A stretch of 64,000 nt of DNA, taken from Eledone cirrhosa (taxonomy: Eukaryota). Numbering within the stretch: position 1 is the stretch's first letter; each line of letters starts with the position of its first letter. Where the stretch lies: contig OZ024747.1 of assembly GCA_964016885.1 (NCBI GenBank), forward strand, positions 48,732,001 to 48,796,000. Direction: 5' to 3'. A program made the translations under genes and the position numbers. This document shows positions 13,821 to 26,568 of this stretch, piece after piece. Below the pieces are notes generated by a model that was not told where the DNA came from, searched no databases, and worked only from the letters and a program-made list of their open reading frames with translations.

Positions 13821-15312
13821 TTTCCTTTGTCAGTGTTGAACAAACGAACAACGATGGTTGCTAGACACTACGGCTTAATACGGGATGTTTGTTTACAAAC
13901 ACACCGAGCATTATAATAAATGTTCGGTGAATCCATACGTACATATATATATGTGTGCATATATGTATATATATATACATACTACTGTACGTCTGTATAC
14001 ATATATGTGTGTACGTATACATACTTATATTTAAGTAACAGCCGTACTAAGAGTGGGAAATGAAATTTCGTTTCATTTTTTCCTTAAAACCTTTTGTTTT
14101 TTATAAAATGAAATACCAACATGCATACACACACTTGCGCGCAAATACATACAGATGCACACAAACTCACAATTAAATAGGTACACAAATCATCGCACAC
14201 CCACATACATATGTTAATATATATATACACACGCAGGCTCGCTCATGTACATAGACTCACATATATTTCCACACATAGTGCAAAGAACAAAAACCAATAT
14301 GCACAAAGATGCTCATGCATGCATCATTCATGGGTGATTGTAGCACACTTACATACATTCATTTGGACCGTTAACACCTAATGGAGTCGTAAGAGTGTCT
14401 TATCCTGGAGCATAAAAAAACCTGTCGTAATCTATCCTTCTCTAGAGTGAAGGAGAGAGAGGGGGAGAGAGAGAGGGAGGGAGAGATAGAGATAGAGAGA
14501 GAGCGGAAACATTGACTGGTATTTTATCGAAAGCAAACAATCAGTCCGTTCCAATAAAAAGGCAGGGATAATAGGAATAAGTTGAAAGTAAATGCAGGAA
14601 GAACGAAACAAGTCAAATACATATTTTCAGGAATATCTTGCTCAACCCACCATTCAATTTCAGTAAGAGCTATAGAAGCTACTGACATAATCTTTACATC
14701 AGAATGAATTCACTGCTCTACTGACAAGGATGCACTACAGGTAAACAGTTGATTCTAATAATTGTTTCTACAATAGGCACAAGGCCAGAAATTATCCCAG
14801 TGTATTACTGGTACTTTATTTTATCGACCCCCGTTAGGATGAAAGGCAAAGTAAACCTCGACGGGATTTGAACTCAGAATGGCAAGGACCGTAACTCTAT
14901 GCGTCAAAGTTGATTCTAATAATATAAGAATGTATACAAACACATACATTCTCACACATACATACATACATATACACACACATGCATACATACTTACATA
15001 TAGACATACATAAATACATATATATATAAATACATATACACACATACATACATTTATATATATATACACACAAACGCATACATCCTCGTATTTTCACTTA
15101 CATACCTGCAATCTAGCCCTTGTGCAATAACTGATATTCTCACTCTGTCTGCAAAAGTCGCGTTTCAATATCTATCACTACAAATCGATATTATTTGAAC
15201 TGAGTGATTTACATATTTATTGCTATTTATGATAATTATTGAAACTGTATAATTTTGCTTCATTACCATCACATCAACACTGTAAAATAAACTGCTAAAT
15301 AAATTGATTAAT

Positions 15313-15497
15313 TGTTTCTACTTTTGGCACAAGGCCAGCAATTACCCAGTGCATTACTGGTACTTTATTTTATCGACCCCGTAAGGATGAAAGGCAAAGT
15401 CAACCTCGGCGGGATTTGAACTCAGATCGTAAAGGGACGTAACTATGCTGGAAAGCATGGCGTCCGACCCTCTACCGATACTGCCAATCCACCGCCT
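15313..15497 (-). mobile_element. Full-length SINE with a 23-bp target-site duplication; partial copy at 14759-14897
   Basis: aactgctaaataaattgattaat at 15290-15312 and 15503-15525. Confidence 0.93.
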
Positions 15498-16243
15498 TAT
15501 CCAACTGCTAAATAAATTGATTAATACACTGCAGTATTGATGGAGTCGTTGTCGGTTTCCACTAGGAGTATTTACCTTCCTACTCAGCCAATTAGTATGG
15601 TTAACGTATTACTCAGGCTGCACGAGCGCTACCGATGGCGGCTAGCCTAATGTAAGCATCCGAGTATTCCAAATATCCTTAACGTAATTATCAGTCGGCA
15701 TCAGTGGAGTAGCTTGTAGTTTTGAAGACGACATACGAGAAAACAGATTTCATATGGTTAAATAATTAAATTCTCTTATTATATGTATTAGATCGAGACA
15801 GATTGCACCATGCTGAGGGGAGCCCAATGTGCAATGTGGTTAGGCTACATCAAGTTATGGAACTTAGATATATTAGAGGGCCCCATTTCATTATATGTTT
15901 AAAGAAATAGTCATTGGTATAGGAATTATGAAGGAAAGTAGTTTATTTGTTAGGGTGCTATGTTCACGATTGTAGGCTGGATTCTCTACCTATATGGGAT
16001 GTTGTGTCATTGAGCAAGGCACTTCATTTCTCGTTACTCCAGATCATTCAATTGAATAAAGGAATCCTGACAGTAGCTAGATGTGGACCTTGCAATGTCT
16101 ATCCAGGGAAGAATCTTTGTACTCTCGGTGCTTTAACGCCAATAAAACGGGGCCCAACTCCGGTCTAGTGAACCTCCGAACTCGGAACACAATCTCAAAA
16201 TCAGTGCGACAAAGTTGAACCTTTGAATTAATTATACAGCCCC

Positions 16244-16274
<31 letters not shown>

Positions 16275-16559
16275 ACCCCACCCACCCCGAAAAATATCGA
16301 CCCTAGTAGAAAGATATTTTTTTATGGACTCCGAAATAGTGAAAAGCAAAGTTAACATTAACGAGATTTGAACTGGAGAGCCTAAACGATTAACGGATGT
16401 AATTCTATCCGACTCTTTAATAAATCTCTCAGTTCACCCCATGTCTGTACTATCATTATATGTTTGAATGCCGTTAACAACTTATTAAAATAAAAAGAAT
16501 CCTAACAAGGACTGGATAGAATCAAATTTCCATTGTCACTACCTCCGTCTCTCTCGCTC

Positions 16560-16880
16560 TCCCCATCTTTCACTATTATAAGAAAATGAGGGCCCACGCG
16601 GCCCCGGTGTACAGAGTAGAGAAGGCGCTCCCCCGAAGGATGGTGAGGAAAACGCGCTGGAAGAGCCATTCCAGGTCGCGAGGTTCACACCTGCGGATAG
16701 CCAACATCGTGTCGATGGTGGTGTGTAGGGAGGTGGTCCTAGGACCAAGGACACAAGAAGTCTCCACTGCTAATCTTGTCACCCATTTTAACGCCATCAC
16801 CAGTTACTTTCCTCCTTCCTTTCCACTGGTCTTCGGGGCTCTGAAAGCCGTTACTGACACTACCTTTCACAAACCGATTT
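16560..16880 (-). mobile_element. CRE-like non-LTR retrotransposon 3' remnant
   Basis: LAVETSCVLGP and CEPRDLEWLFQRVFLTILRGSA resemble the CRE restriction-like endonuclease C-terminus (AVETxG; EPRExxWLxQRxSxxIxRGNA). Confidence 0.6.
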
Positions 16881-17219
16881 GATAGAGATTTAACGGGGGG
16901 GGGGGGGGGGGGTTAGATCGAAGCTGCTCGACATTTTTATATGCTGAATCATTATGGATATATGCATACTCAAATGTCATTAACGCGTTAAAATATATGT
17001 TGGTGTTGTTGTTGATAGTTGTGATAGTGATTGTGGTTGTTGCTTAACCCCAGGTTAATTTTGATTCGGCAGATCTAAGCTCAAAGCTTTCCTGCTATGA
17101 AATTCTTTTGTTCCCCTCTCTTAGACATAACACTAACACGGAGAATTAACAAATCAACAATGATTTACATGAACATGTGGGACTGAGTTGAATAGTTTAC
17201 AATATTTATTTAATATTTT

Positions 17220-19680
17220 TAAAATAATGTTATCATATAGTTAGTACAATAACAGGCCGGTTGTGTCTTAATTTGGTGGGAGTTTTTATTTTCAGGTTCC
17301 ACCAGTATTCTTTAGGGCCAGCTATCTTAACATACTCCTTATCATTTATTTTTAGTTTTGTTTGCCCAAGTGCGCTCCAGATGGTTCTAGCTATCATATT
17401 GTGTCTCATAGGAAGTAGTAACTAGACGACATTCATTCATAGAGATATCCTTCAAGGATGTCTTAAACTTGTCGGAACTCCATGCCAGGCATTTTGGATG
17501 ATTTATCCCCTCTATAGCCTGTGTTTGTCGTCTCAGGTACCAATGCACAACTTTCTCGGTAAATTAGTCCATTTGTTTTACCTTGTTCGAACATTGAACA
17601 GGATCTTCCAATTTCCCTGGGAGAGAGATTTATATCAGGCCTTATTCCATATCTCTCCTCCAGACCAGTGGCTATCCTAATGATATTATTTCCTTCAGGG
17701 TGGTGAATAGAGGGTCAGACATGCTTTCCAGAATAGTTACGTCCTTTTACGATCTGAGTTCAAATCCCGCTGAGGTTAACTTTGCCTTTCATCCTTACGG
17801 GGTCGATAAAATAGAGTACCAGTGGGTAATTGCTGGCCTTGTGCCAAAAAGTAGAAACAATTATTTCCTTCATGCTCATAATCCTGGGCAAGATGGTTGC
17901 TGACCTTTTCCTTCTGCTGAAGATGTTCCTTCAGTATTCGGGTCTCGTATGATGTTAATATGGATTTTAGACCCCTGCAATGAACAGTTCAGCAGGCTAA
18001 ATGTTAGCGTTAGAATTGGCACAACATAAGTATTGTGGGCAATGTATTTGTTGTATACTGTTAGTTCGGAGGACCATATTTTCTTTACTCCCATGAGATA
18101 TTCAGTGCTAGTTTGTTTCTTCTTTATGGGTCCATCCTATCTGACATTCTCATCCTGTCCACGATATCAGTTGGTGTTACCTCACTATAGAGGTTGTATT
18201 GTCAAGCCGTTCATCTCTAGATTTCCAGAGGAGGGCACAACCCTTCCACGTTTTACTGTCAAATATGCTCATTTGGACTCACCAAATTTCATTCTGATGT
18301 CTGCAGAAAATTGTGTAATGAGGTCCAATTGTTCTTTGATATAACTGGTATTTGGCCCATACAATTCCAGGTCATCAACAAAGAAAAGATAGGAGATACT
18401 TCTGGACCCACTTCCATGACCACTTTGTTTGTGAGCAGGTATGATAGTGGGTTTAGTGAGAGGACGAAGAGCAGCACTGATAAGTTATCACCCTGAAAGA
18501 TACCTTTCTGGTAGTGTATTGTAGTCTCAATCTGCTCCTTCTCACCCCTAAGGATCAAATTGGTGTACCAGTTCTCGGTCGGGCGTTCAACAGCAGCCAC
18601 TAGTGGTTTTGGGAGTTCGGCTAACTCTAAAGCCTTAATAATCCACCCATGAGGTACACTATCAAAAGCTTTCTGATAGTCAAGCCACACTACAGTCATG
18701 TTCCTGCGATTCTTTGCTGTTTTTTCCTGTATCATTTTATTTGTTAGTAGGTGATCATGCAGCTCCACACCTTATTTCCACCAGCCTGCTCAGGTGTTAT
18801 CATTTTCTTGGTGGCACAATGATCCTATAAGAACAGATTAAGGCACCCAATGTATAATTTACACATGATTTTCTGGCAGGTTATTGGGCGGTATTTTTAT
18901 AACTACAGTGATTTGTGAGATACTTCGTCTCAGGGACAAAGTTTTATTTTTTAAATTACGCATTCACGCTGGTTCAGGCTTTCTGCGTGTATCTTGGTTG
19001 CGTGGTTTTACTTGTTTGTGATAGGATAGCAATGTGATAACTGAAACATCAAACAAAATCTTAAGCATTTCATATGTCGTTTCCACACCTTTCGACCGTG
19101 TGGCCTTCAGATAGTTGTCAGCTATTTCATTTACTACTTCCAATTCCGATTTAGTGGGTCCTTTACTGATTCTGGTGTTATAATGTCTGTTACTCACATT
19201 AAGGTTGTGTATCTCTTGAAACATATTATCCCATATCACTTGTAAGGTGTCCTCAAAATGTTGGTGTTCTGTTTGTACAGTAGAATCATGAATTACAGCT
19301 ACGTTGTTGGTGTGCTGTTCACTGCTAGATTCAGCGGACCATTTTCTCTGTACATCAGTGGAAGTGGGGTGGATTTGAGCTACATTGCTGGTGAGCTGTT
19401 TATTGCTAGATTTAACTGACCATTCTCTCTGTCTATCAATGGAAGCAAAATGATTGTCTTCAATAGTGTCACTCAGTTCCGTTAGATGTATCAATTTACA
19501 TCTAATGATACGTTTTGCTTGTTCATTTAAATGTTTTGGGGAAAAGTCTAATTCTGGGTGGTGTTTGGAGTTCCACGTAGCTCCATTGTATACAATGGTT
19601 GCAGCTGCGATTTGGTCGAAGGAGACGTATACGTTTTGCCACGATGAGTTCATCTATTCACTAATATTTTGCATTTACTT
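17220..19680 (-). mobile_element. Degraded R4/Dong-like LINE (RT plus restriction-like endonuclease), interrupted by a SINE
   Basis: VWLDYQKAFDSVPHGWI and KGIFQGDNLS RT motifs; 17250-17440 is homologous to 58660-58830. Confidence 0.82.
17698..17859 (+). mobile_element. SINE inserted in the LINE with a 13-bp TSD
   Basis: attatttccttca at 17685-17697 and 17860-17872. Confidence 0.9.
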
Positions 19681-19811
19681 TTCAAAATAGACAATGATCT
19701 ACTTTAAAGGTTTAGACAAAGTTTTGTCAGAATTAAATTTAAAGTTGTTCACAGCTTGGGTAATATTTCCTTTCAGCTATTTTTTAATTCGACAACTGTA
19801 TTTTAAACGTA

Positions 19812-21669
19812 TGTATGTATGTTCTTCTGGTTTTATAATTTCACAAATGTTTTGCCAATAGAGAGAGAGTCGGTTTCTAGCATAGACACAAGACTCTCTC
19901 ATTGGAATTTACAACATCTAGGTAGATATGTATGTATGTCTGCATGCATGCATGTGTAGATATGGGTGTTATTGTATGTGTGGATGTGGATGTTTTGAGT
20001 TGTATGTGTGCACGTGTAAATGCTTTGTATCTGTACATGTGTATATGCAGTTATTAGATGCAAAATGTTTGGAATGTTTTACATATTTTTACTGTTCCTA
20101 TGTATGTATGTATGCATGTATATATGCATGTATGTATGTATGTATGTATGTATTTATGTATGTATGTATGTATGTATGTATGTATGTATGTATGTATGTA
20201 TGTATGTATGTATGTTATTCTGGTTTTAGAATTTCACAAATTGTTGCCAATAGAGAGAGAGAGTCGGTTTCTAACATAGATACAAGACTCCCTCATTGGA
20301 ATTTACACAACATCAACTAGGTAGATATGTATGTATGCATGGATGTGTAGATATGGATGTTATTGTATGTGTGGATGTGGATGTTTTGAGTTGTATGTGT
20401 GAATGTGCATACGCTTTGTATCTGTACATGTGTATATGCAGTTATTAGATGCAACATTTTTGGAATGTTTTACATATTTTAATGTTCCATTAATGGATTG
20501 TACTTTTAATTTCCTAACTAGTTGTGTTCTTTATGTTTCTGTGAAGCCCAGTTTCTCATGATTTGTATTGAGGCCGGTACTAACATATCCCAGTGCCCCA
20601 ATAATCACAGGTATAAATCTGAAAGTATAGACAGGGTGGTGTATCTGCAGATTTCTCATCAGTTCTGCATAAATATTCTCCTTTACACCAATCTTTAATA
20701 TTATATTGGCATCTGCTGTGCAACTAACTTCCACTACTGTGCATGCCTTCTTTTCCCTGTCCCATATCATTATATCTGGCCTTGTGCCAAAAGTAGAAAC
20801 AATTATATCTGGTCTGTTATGCCTGCATTTTATTGGGGTTTTTACTGGAACAGTCCACCAGTACTCTTTCATATTATGTATATGGATGTCATCCACATTG
20901 CTGTAGCTTTTAATGTATTTATTATCGGGGCTATCTTGTCTACGAATTGCATTGTACAGTGTTTTGGCCACTACCTCATGTCTCGTAGGTAGATAGTACC
21001 GTGATGACATCTTTGGACAGCTGCTGATGACATGGGTGACATCTTCGATGTTAATTCTGCAGAGTCTGCACTTGTTATCACATCTAGGTGTTTTGCCTGC
21101 ATCCCTATCTCTTTTGTGAATCAGGTATTTTGTGTTGATTTCCTGTTCTTGGATTGTAAAAGTGTATCCTTCAAAGTGAGAGCCAATATAGCAGTTGTTG
21201 GTCCAAGATAGACTACTTTCCTTATCTATATTACTCTCACTCTGGAGCTTCCTGGCAACATATCCATGCATGATTTTTTGCTGATAAGCATGCAGTTTTT
21301 CATTCATGGATTCACTTCGATACTGCTGAGCAACTTCCCTGGGTGTGAGTTTCTGATTATCACACGGAATATCTTTCAAGGAGTTCCTTCCCAACTCTCA
21401 TAATCTTATCTGTCTCATATAGATAGACTTGCTCGATAGACGGGCTCCTACGCTTCGAGGTTCGTAGATATTGTCGGAGGGACAATTAATGATGCGACAT
21501 TAAAATGCTGTCTGGACTGATGTTAGGCCTCTGCCTCCCTGCTTATGTTTCAAGTAGAGGTGGTCTATGTCACTGTTGATGTGGAAGTTTCCAGTGTTGT
21601 TTAGTATTTTCCGAGTTCTAACATCAACTGCTCGGATTTCGTCTATCGTCCAATTGAGTATTCCAAACG

Positions 21670-21670
<1 letters not shown>
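19812..21670 (-). mobile_element. R4/Dong-like LINE 3' portion (CCHC finger, PD-(D/E)xK endonuclease, 3'UTR) with a duplicated 3' end, bounded by (TATG)n
   Basis: ORF 20531-21394: CRLC..E...HVISSC, RHEVVAK, HNRPD, EVSC, FIPVIIGALG; 3'UTR at 20215-20470 repeated at 19822-20095. Confidence 0.88.
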
Positions 21671-21706
<36 letters not shown>

Positions 21707-21863
21707 GATATAAAAAATAAATGGAAACTATATTTATAAAACCATATTTATTCTATTATATATATTTCAAGGGTACCAAAACTTTGGTACGCTCTCATCA
21801 GATAAAATACAAAGTTTGTTTTATAAATATTGACATAACCAGGAAGATCTTAAAGTTTTTCCT

Positions 21864-21927
<64 letters not shown>

Positions 21928-22264
21928 CAGTAGTATGTTGTGTATGTCTGTATCTGATTTTCTTTGGTTCTATAGATTAGAATTAATATTTATCTCTGTT
22001 GTCCTGTTGTACTCTAACAATAGATATATCACGCAGACATATTAGTGCATTTTTACTTATACATCTACGGCTTTACTATCATACAGTACTGTACCACACA
22101 CACTCATGCATGTAAATGTCTTGTATTTGTCATGTATATTCGCGATTATACAGAAAATCATATATGAAATCCCAACCCTCTCAAGGTCTTAAAAAAGCAA
22201 ATTTTTTACAAAAAGAAAACGAGAGAGAGCAGGGTTGAATTATTCATTTTCTCTCTCCCGTTTT

Positions 22265-22505
22265 CTTTTTATAAGAAATCTGCTCATCATTATTGAAGCT
22301 ACAGTTTATATGCCAGCGCGCTTGGACCAAAGTATAACTGAGCTTGGATTTGAGGACAAAGAACGCATCTCCCTAATTCATAGACTACAAATGGCTGCGA
22401 TGGTTGGCACCTTCAAAATTTGCAAAACATTCTTGCGATTCATTCAAGGGATGACAATTTCTTTCCTTTTGCTACCTTGCCACCAGGAAGGTGGCCGGTC
22501 AAGGA
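22265..22505 (+). mobile_element. 3' fragment of an R4/Dong-like LINE (same family as 58520-59155)
   Basis: IIIEATVYMPARLDQSITELGF...GTFKICKTFLRF, near-identical to 58940-59150. Confidence 0.85.
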
Positions 22506-22691
22506 AGGTGGCTGAGGATGCTGTCTTTATCGGTCTTGAAAGTATAAAAGGTAAAGTTAACCTCAGCTCGATTTGAACTTTATGACCTGGATTGGGGAAT
22601 AGACCCAGGTCGTTAAGTCAGGTGTTGCTGTATTAGATTGCTAGTATTTTCACGTTGAATGGATAATTTAACTGAATAAAAGAATACTGAC

Positions 22692-22853
22692 CCCTTGTTC
22701 CTTTCAACTTGGTACAGTGGCTAGCTCTGAACAGGCCGTAGTTACAGTCTCTTCGTATCATTTTCACTGTCGCCAACGAACTGGTAAAGTGATCTTCACA
22801 GTCTCGGTTGCCACCATTGATCGACGTACACACGTAACAATCAATCGCAATCA
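22692..22853 (-). CDS. Internal coding exon of the Ly6/uPAR quiver-like gene
   Basis: Acceptor TTTCTCTATTTTATTATCCAG (AG at 22855-22854), donor GTCAGT at 22691; 162 nt, phase 1-1; encodes IAIDCYVCTSINGGNRDCEDHF...RDCNYGLFRASHCTKLKGTR. Together the two exons give 10 Cys ending in CN. Confidence 0.88.
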
Positions 22854-22955
22854 CTGGATAATAAAATAGAGAAAGGACCTGAGAATGGCTGAATTACAAC
22901 AAAATCAAAAAATCAAAGAGGAAATCAATTAGAATGGTGTATATATATATATATA

Positions 22956-23340
22956 TAACTGTCTCTACTTTAGGCACAAGGCCAGCAATTACCCAGTGCA
23001 TTACTGGTATTTTATTTTATCGACCCCGTAAGGATGAAAGGCAAAGTCAACCTCGGCGGGATTTGAACTCAGATCGTAAAGGGACGTAACTATGCTGGAA
23101 AGCATGGCGTCCGACGCTCTACTGATACTGCCAATCCACCGCCCTTGTATATATATATATAACGAAGGAAGTGTGGGCCTTAACGCGCCAGAATAATCTA
23201 TACTTAGGGTAGTAGAGGGGTTTATAGGAAAAGAGTCAGGACCCCGACGGCTGAGCTCCGGCCGTTTCGACAGCTAGATCTGAACTTAGATCTAGCTGTC
23301 GAAATGGCCGGAGCTCAGCCGTCGGGGTCCTGCGGCTTTT

Positions 23341-23381
<41 letters not shown>

Positions 23382-24238
23382 AATTGTTTCTACTTTTGGC
23401 ACAAGGCCAGCAATTACCCAGTGCATTACTGGTACTTTATTTTATCGACCCCGTAAGGATGAAAGGCAAAGTCAACCTCGGCGGGATTTGAACTCAGATC
23501 GTAAAGGGTCGTAACTCTTTGCTGCAAAGCATGGCGTCCGACCCTCTACCGATACTGCCAATCCACCGCTACCAATACTGATACTGCCAATAATGATAAT
23601 AATAATTTGAGTTGGAGATAGAGAGTGGGGTATATCAGGCAAATGAGCCAATAAGGAAAAAACAAAAAAGTCAGACATTCAAACATTACATTGACACCCA
23701 CCCACCACGCCACCACCGACACTACCACTATTATCACTGCATGAAAATGATAATGATTTGTTGATGTTGATAGTGGTGATGCTGATGATAATAGTTGTTT
23801 CTACTTTTGGAACAGGACCAGCTATTGCCCGAGTGAATTGCTGGTGCTTTGTTTTGTCGACCTGGTAGAGGTGAGGAACGGGGTTGACCTCGACAGGATT
23901 TGCGCGTAGATCATAAATAGTAGATGCTGATGATAATGGTGGTTTTTTCTGATTTTGGCACGGGGCTAACAATTACCCCAGTTCATCCTATTTTATCTAC
24001 TTTTGGCACAAGGCCAGCAATTATCACAGTATATTACTGGTACTTTATTTTATCGACCCCGTAAGGATGAAAGGCAAAGTTAACCTTGGCTGGATTTGAA
24101 CTCAGACCATAAAGGGCCGTAACTCTTTGCTGCAAAGCATGGCGTCAGACCCTCTACCGAAACTGCCAATCCACTGAAATAATTGTTTCTACTTTAGGCA
24201 CAAGGCCAGCAATTACCCAGTGCATTACTGGTACTTTA
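22956..24238 (-). mobile_element. SINE cluster (22956-23144, 23382-23570, degenerate 23793-23910, 23995-24175, partial 24180-24238)
   Basis: Repeated matches to the SINE consensus. Confidence 0.88.
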
Positions 24239-24399
24239 ATAATGATAGATAAATGTCACATAAATTGCCCCGAAAAATAATTTTTTTCTTTTTTGTAACG
24301 TGATGGTGCCACGCTAAAAACACTGGTGTTGGTTCATCCTTAAATTCACTAATCCTCGATATGAGTGTTTAAATGTCGAACCTAAACAGTTCGAATAAC

Positions 24400-25572
24400 G
24401 CTGAAAAGGAAGCTGGAACTTCATGTGAATGATTGGCACCCAGCAAGTGCTCCCTGGCCCAGCAGCAGGGACCTGGCTGTCCTTCAAATACTGCTGGTTT
24501 GGGAGGAAGAAGAAGGAATGGAGAAAGAAGAAGCAACTGGACAAAAGAATTGAATAGAACTGTCATGAAATGTTACATGAAGGGTAACCCCATGGGAAAA
24601 GGCTATAGGAATCGGATGCATAACAGCTGGAACGAGATCGGTCTATTTAAATTAGGTGAACAAAAATTGGCGGGTCAGGCTCGTGTAGTAAGAACTAATG
24701 GATGGGTAGGCGAGTTGGAACTGAAGGAACTCAGCAGAGAGATTGTGTTGGAAATAGAGAGTGGAGTATATCAGTTAAGGTAAACATGGCCATCCCATAC
24801 CTTGAGGGAAGAACCTTCACTAATGCAACAACATCCTCAAAGCAACCGCAAATGTGGTGAAAAGATTACTTGGTATAAAAACAACAAACAAGAAAGATAA
24901 GAGCATTGGTGGAAAAAGCTACTGATGGTCAAATCAAGGAAATGAGAAAAGACATTGGAAAGCTTGATTCTTTACTTAATGGGACATTACAAAACATAGA
25001 CACTAAAGATAGATTGAAAATGAAATACAACATTAAGTGAAAAGAAATAAATGTTATCATAGAGGAACTGAAGCAACGCATAGATTAAGCGATATGAGAA
25101 CAGCGCTAGCCAGTATAGACAGAACCGCATGTTTGACAACAACCAGAAGATGTTATTTGAACAGCTTGTGCCAAAAGTAGAAACCGTTATTTGAACAGCC
25201 TGTAGATGTAGCCTGGCCATTTGACACAAGAGTGCAAGAAAAGGAGAGGGAGAAAATTAACCGATACCAGGATTTAAAGTGGGAGTTAAAAAAGATTTGG
25301 AACTGCCATGAAATCAAGGTCGTCCCGATTGTCATAGGCGCACTAGGTACTATCTCAAAGAATTTCCAAAGATGGTTAAAGAAGATTAGTTCAGCCCCGC
25401 TTTTGGGAACACTTCAAAAGGCATGCTTGCTTGGAACAGCAGGAACCCTCCGATACGCCCTGAATATCTGAGGTTGCAGGTAGTGGCTTGATATTAATTT
25501 CAACAAACTTTCCAGTTAAACATCAATGACTTAGACTCAAAGAATAACAATAATAATAACAATAATAATAAT
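24400..25572 (+). mobile_element. Internally deleted R4/Dong-like LINE ending in (TAA)n
   Basis: N-terminal RRSNWTKELNRTVMKCY; C-terminal KINRYQDLKWELKKIW..VVPIVIGALGTISK..LQKACLLGT; (AAT)n tail. Confidence 0.8.
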
Positions 25573-25661
25573 GAGAGTAAGTATACTAATTTAGTAGGTG
25601 TTTTTTCGCCCGAATATATATAAAAATAATGCTCACAATGCTCACTATATATATATATATA

Positions 25662-26040
25662 TATATTGGTAAACGGAATAGAAAATGCTGACAAATTGTT
25701 CACAGTTGAAGAATGGTTTAATTAGGAATAAAAGAGTATTAGTGATTGTATGGGTTAGTATTCAGTTGTGGTTTTAAGTTTTTAAGTTTTTACCGGTTGC
25801 GCATTTCTAAATGCTTTTCAAAAATAATTTTGAGATAGAGTGTCCGTGCTGTTTGCTCATTTAGAAATGCGCAACCGGTAAAAACTTAAAAACTTAAAAC
25901 CACAACTGAATACTAACCCATACAATCACTAATACTCTTTTATTCCTAATTAAACCATTCTTCAACTGTGAACAATTTGTCAGCATTTTCTATTCCGTTT
26001 ACCAATATATAATAACTTGTGTGTTACACCTCTATTCTTT

Positions 26041-26045
<5 letters not shown>
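25662..26045. mobile_element. Fold-back element in (TA)n (arms ~150 bp, 44-nt spacer) with a degenerate UUGAAAA-core hammerhead on the minus strand (25787-25824)
   Basis: Arms 25662-25813/25858-26008; minus strand UUU UUGAAAA GCAU-UUAGAA-AUGC GCAA CCGG UA AAAA. Confidence 0.8.
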
Positions 26046-26134
<89 letters not shown>

Positions 26135-26156
26135 GAGCATTTGTAGTATATATATA

Positions 26157-26568
26157 TATACAGAGCATTTGTAGTTTTTCCAAATTGAAGGATGAGTATT
26201 TAAACTTTATTTTATTCTGAGTTAAGGCTCTATTGATTTGTTCCTGGATTTCACAAAATTCTATGGATAAATCTATGTCTTGATTTTTTTTTAATTGTGT
26301 TTGAATTATTTTCCTACATCTTACGTTGTTGTGAGCGTGAAGCTAACAGTATTTCATAATATATAAGTGACTATAACGTCAAAATGGAAAAATAGTTAAC
26401 GTAAGATGTAGGAAAATAATTCAAACTCAATTTAAAAAAAATCAAGACATAGATTTATCCATAGAATTTTGTCAAATCCAGGGAAAAATCAATAGAGCCT
26501 TAACTCAGAATAAAATAAAGTTTAAATACTCATCCTTCAATTTGGAAAAAACTACAAATGCTCTGTAT
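26157..26568. mobile_element. Fold-back element next to (TA)n (arms ~170 bp, ~70-nt spacer)
   Basis: 26157-26327 and 26398-26568 are reverse complements with few mismatches; the spacer resembles 5100-5172. Confidence 0.8.

Noticed and set aside
15106-15148. Possible 43-nt cassette exon (TTTTGCAG ... CAG|GTATGT) in the Ly6 gene intron
   Set aside because: Its length is not a multiple of 3 and would frameshift the LU domain; the flanking exons already join into a complete domain.
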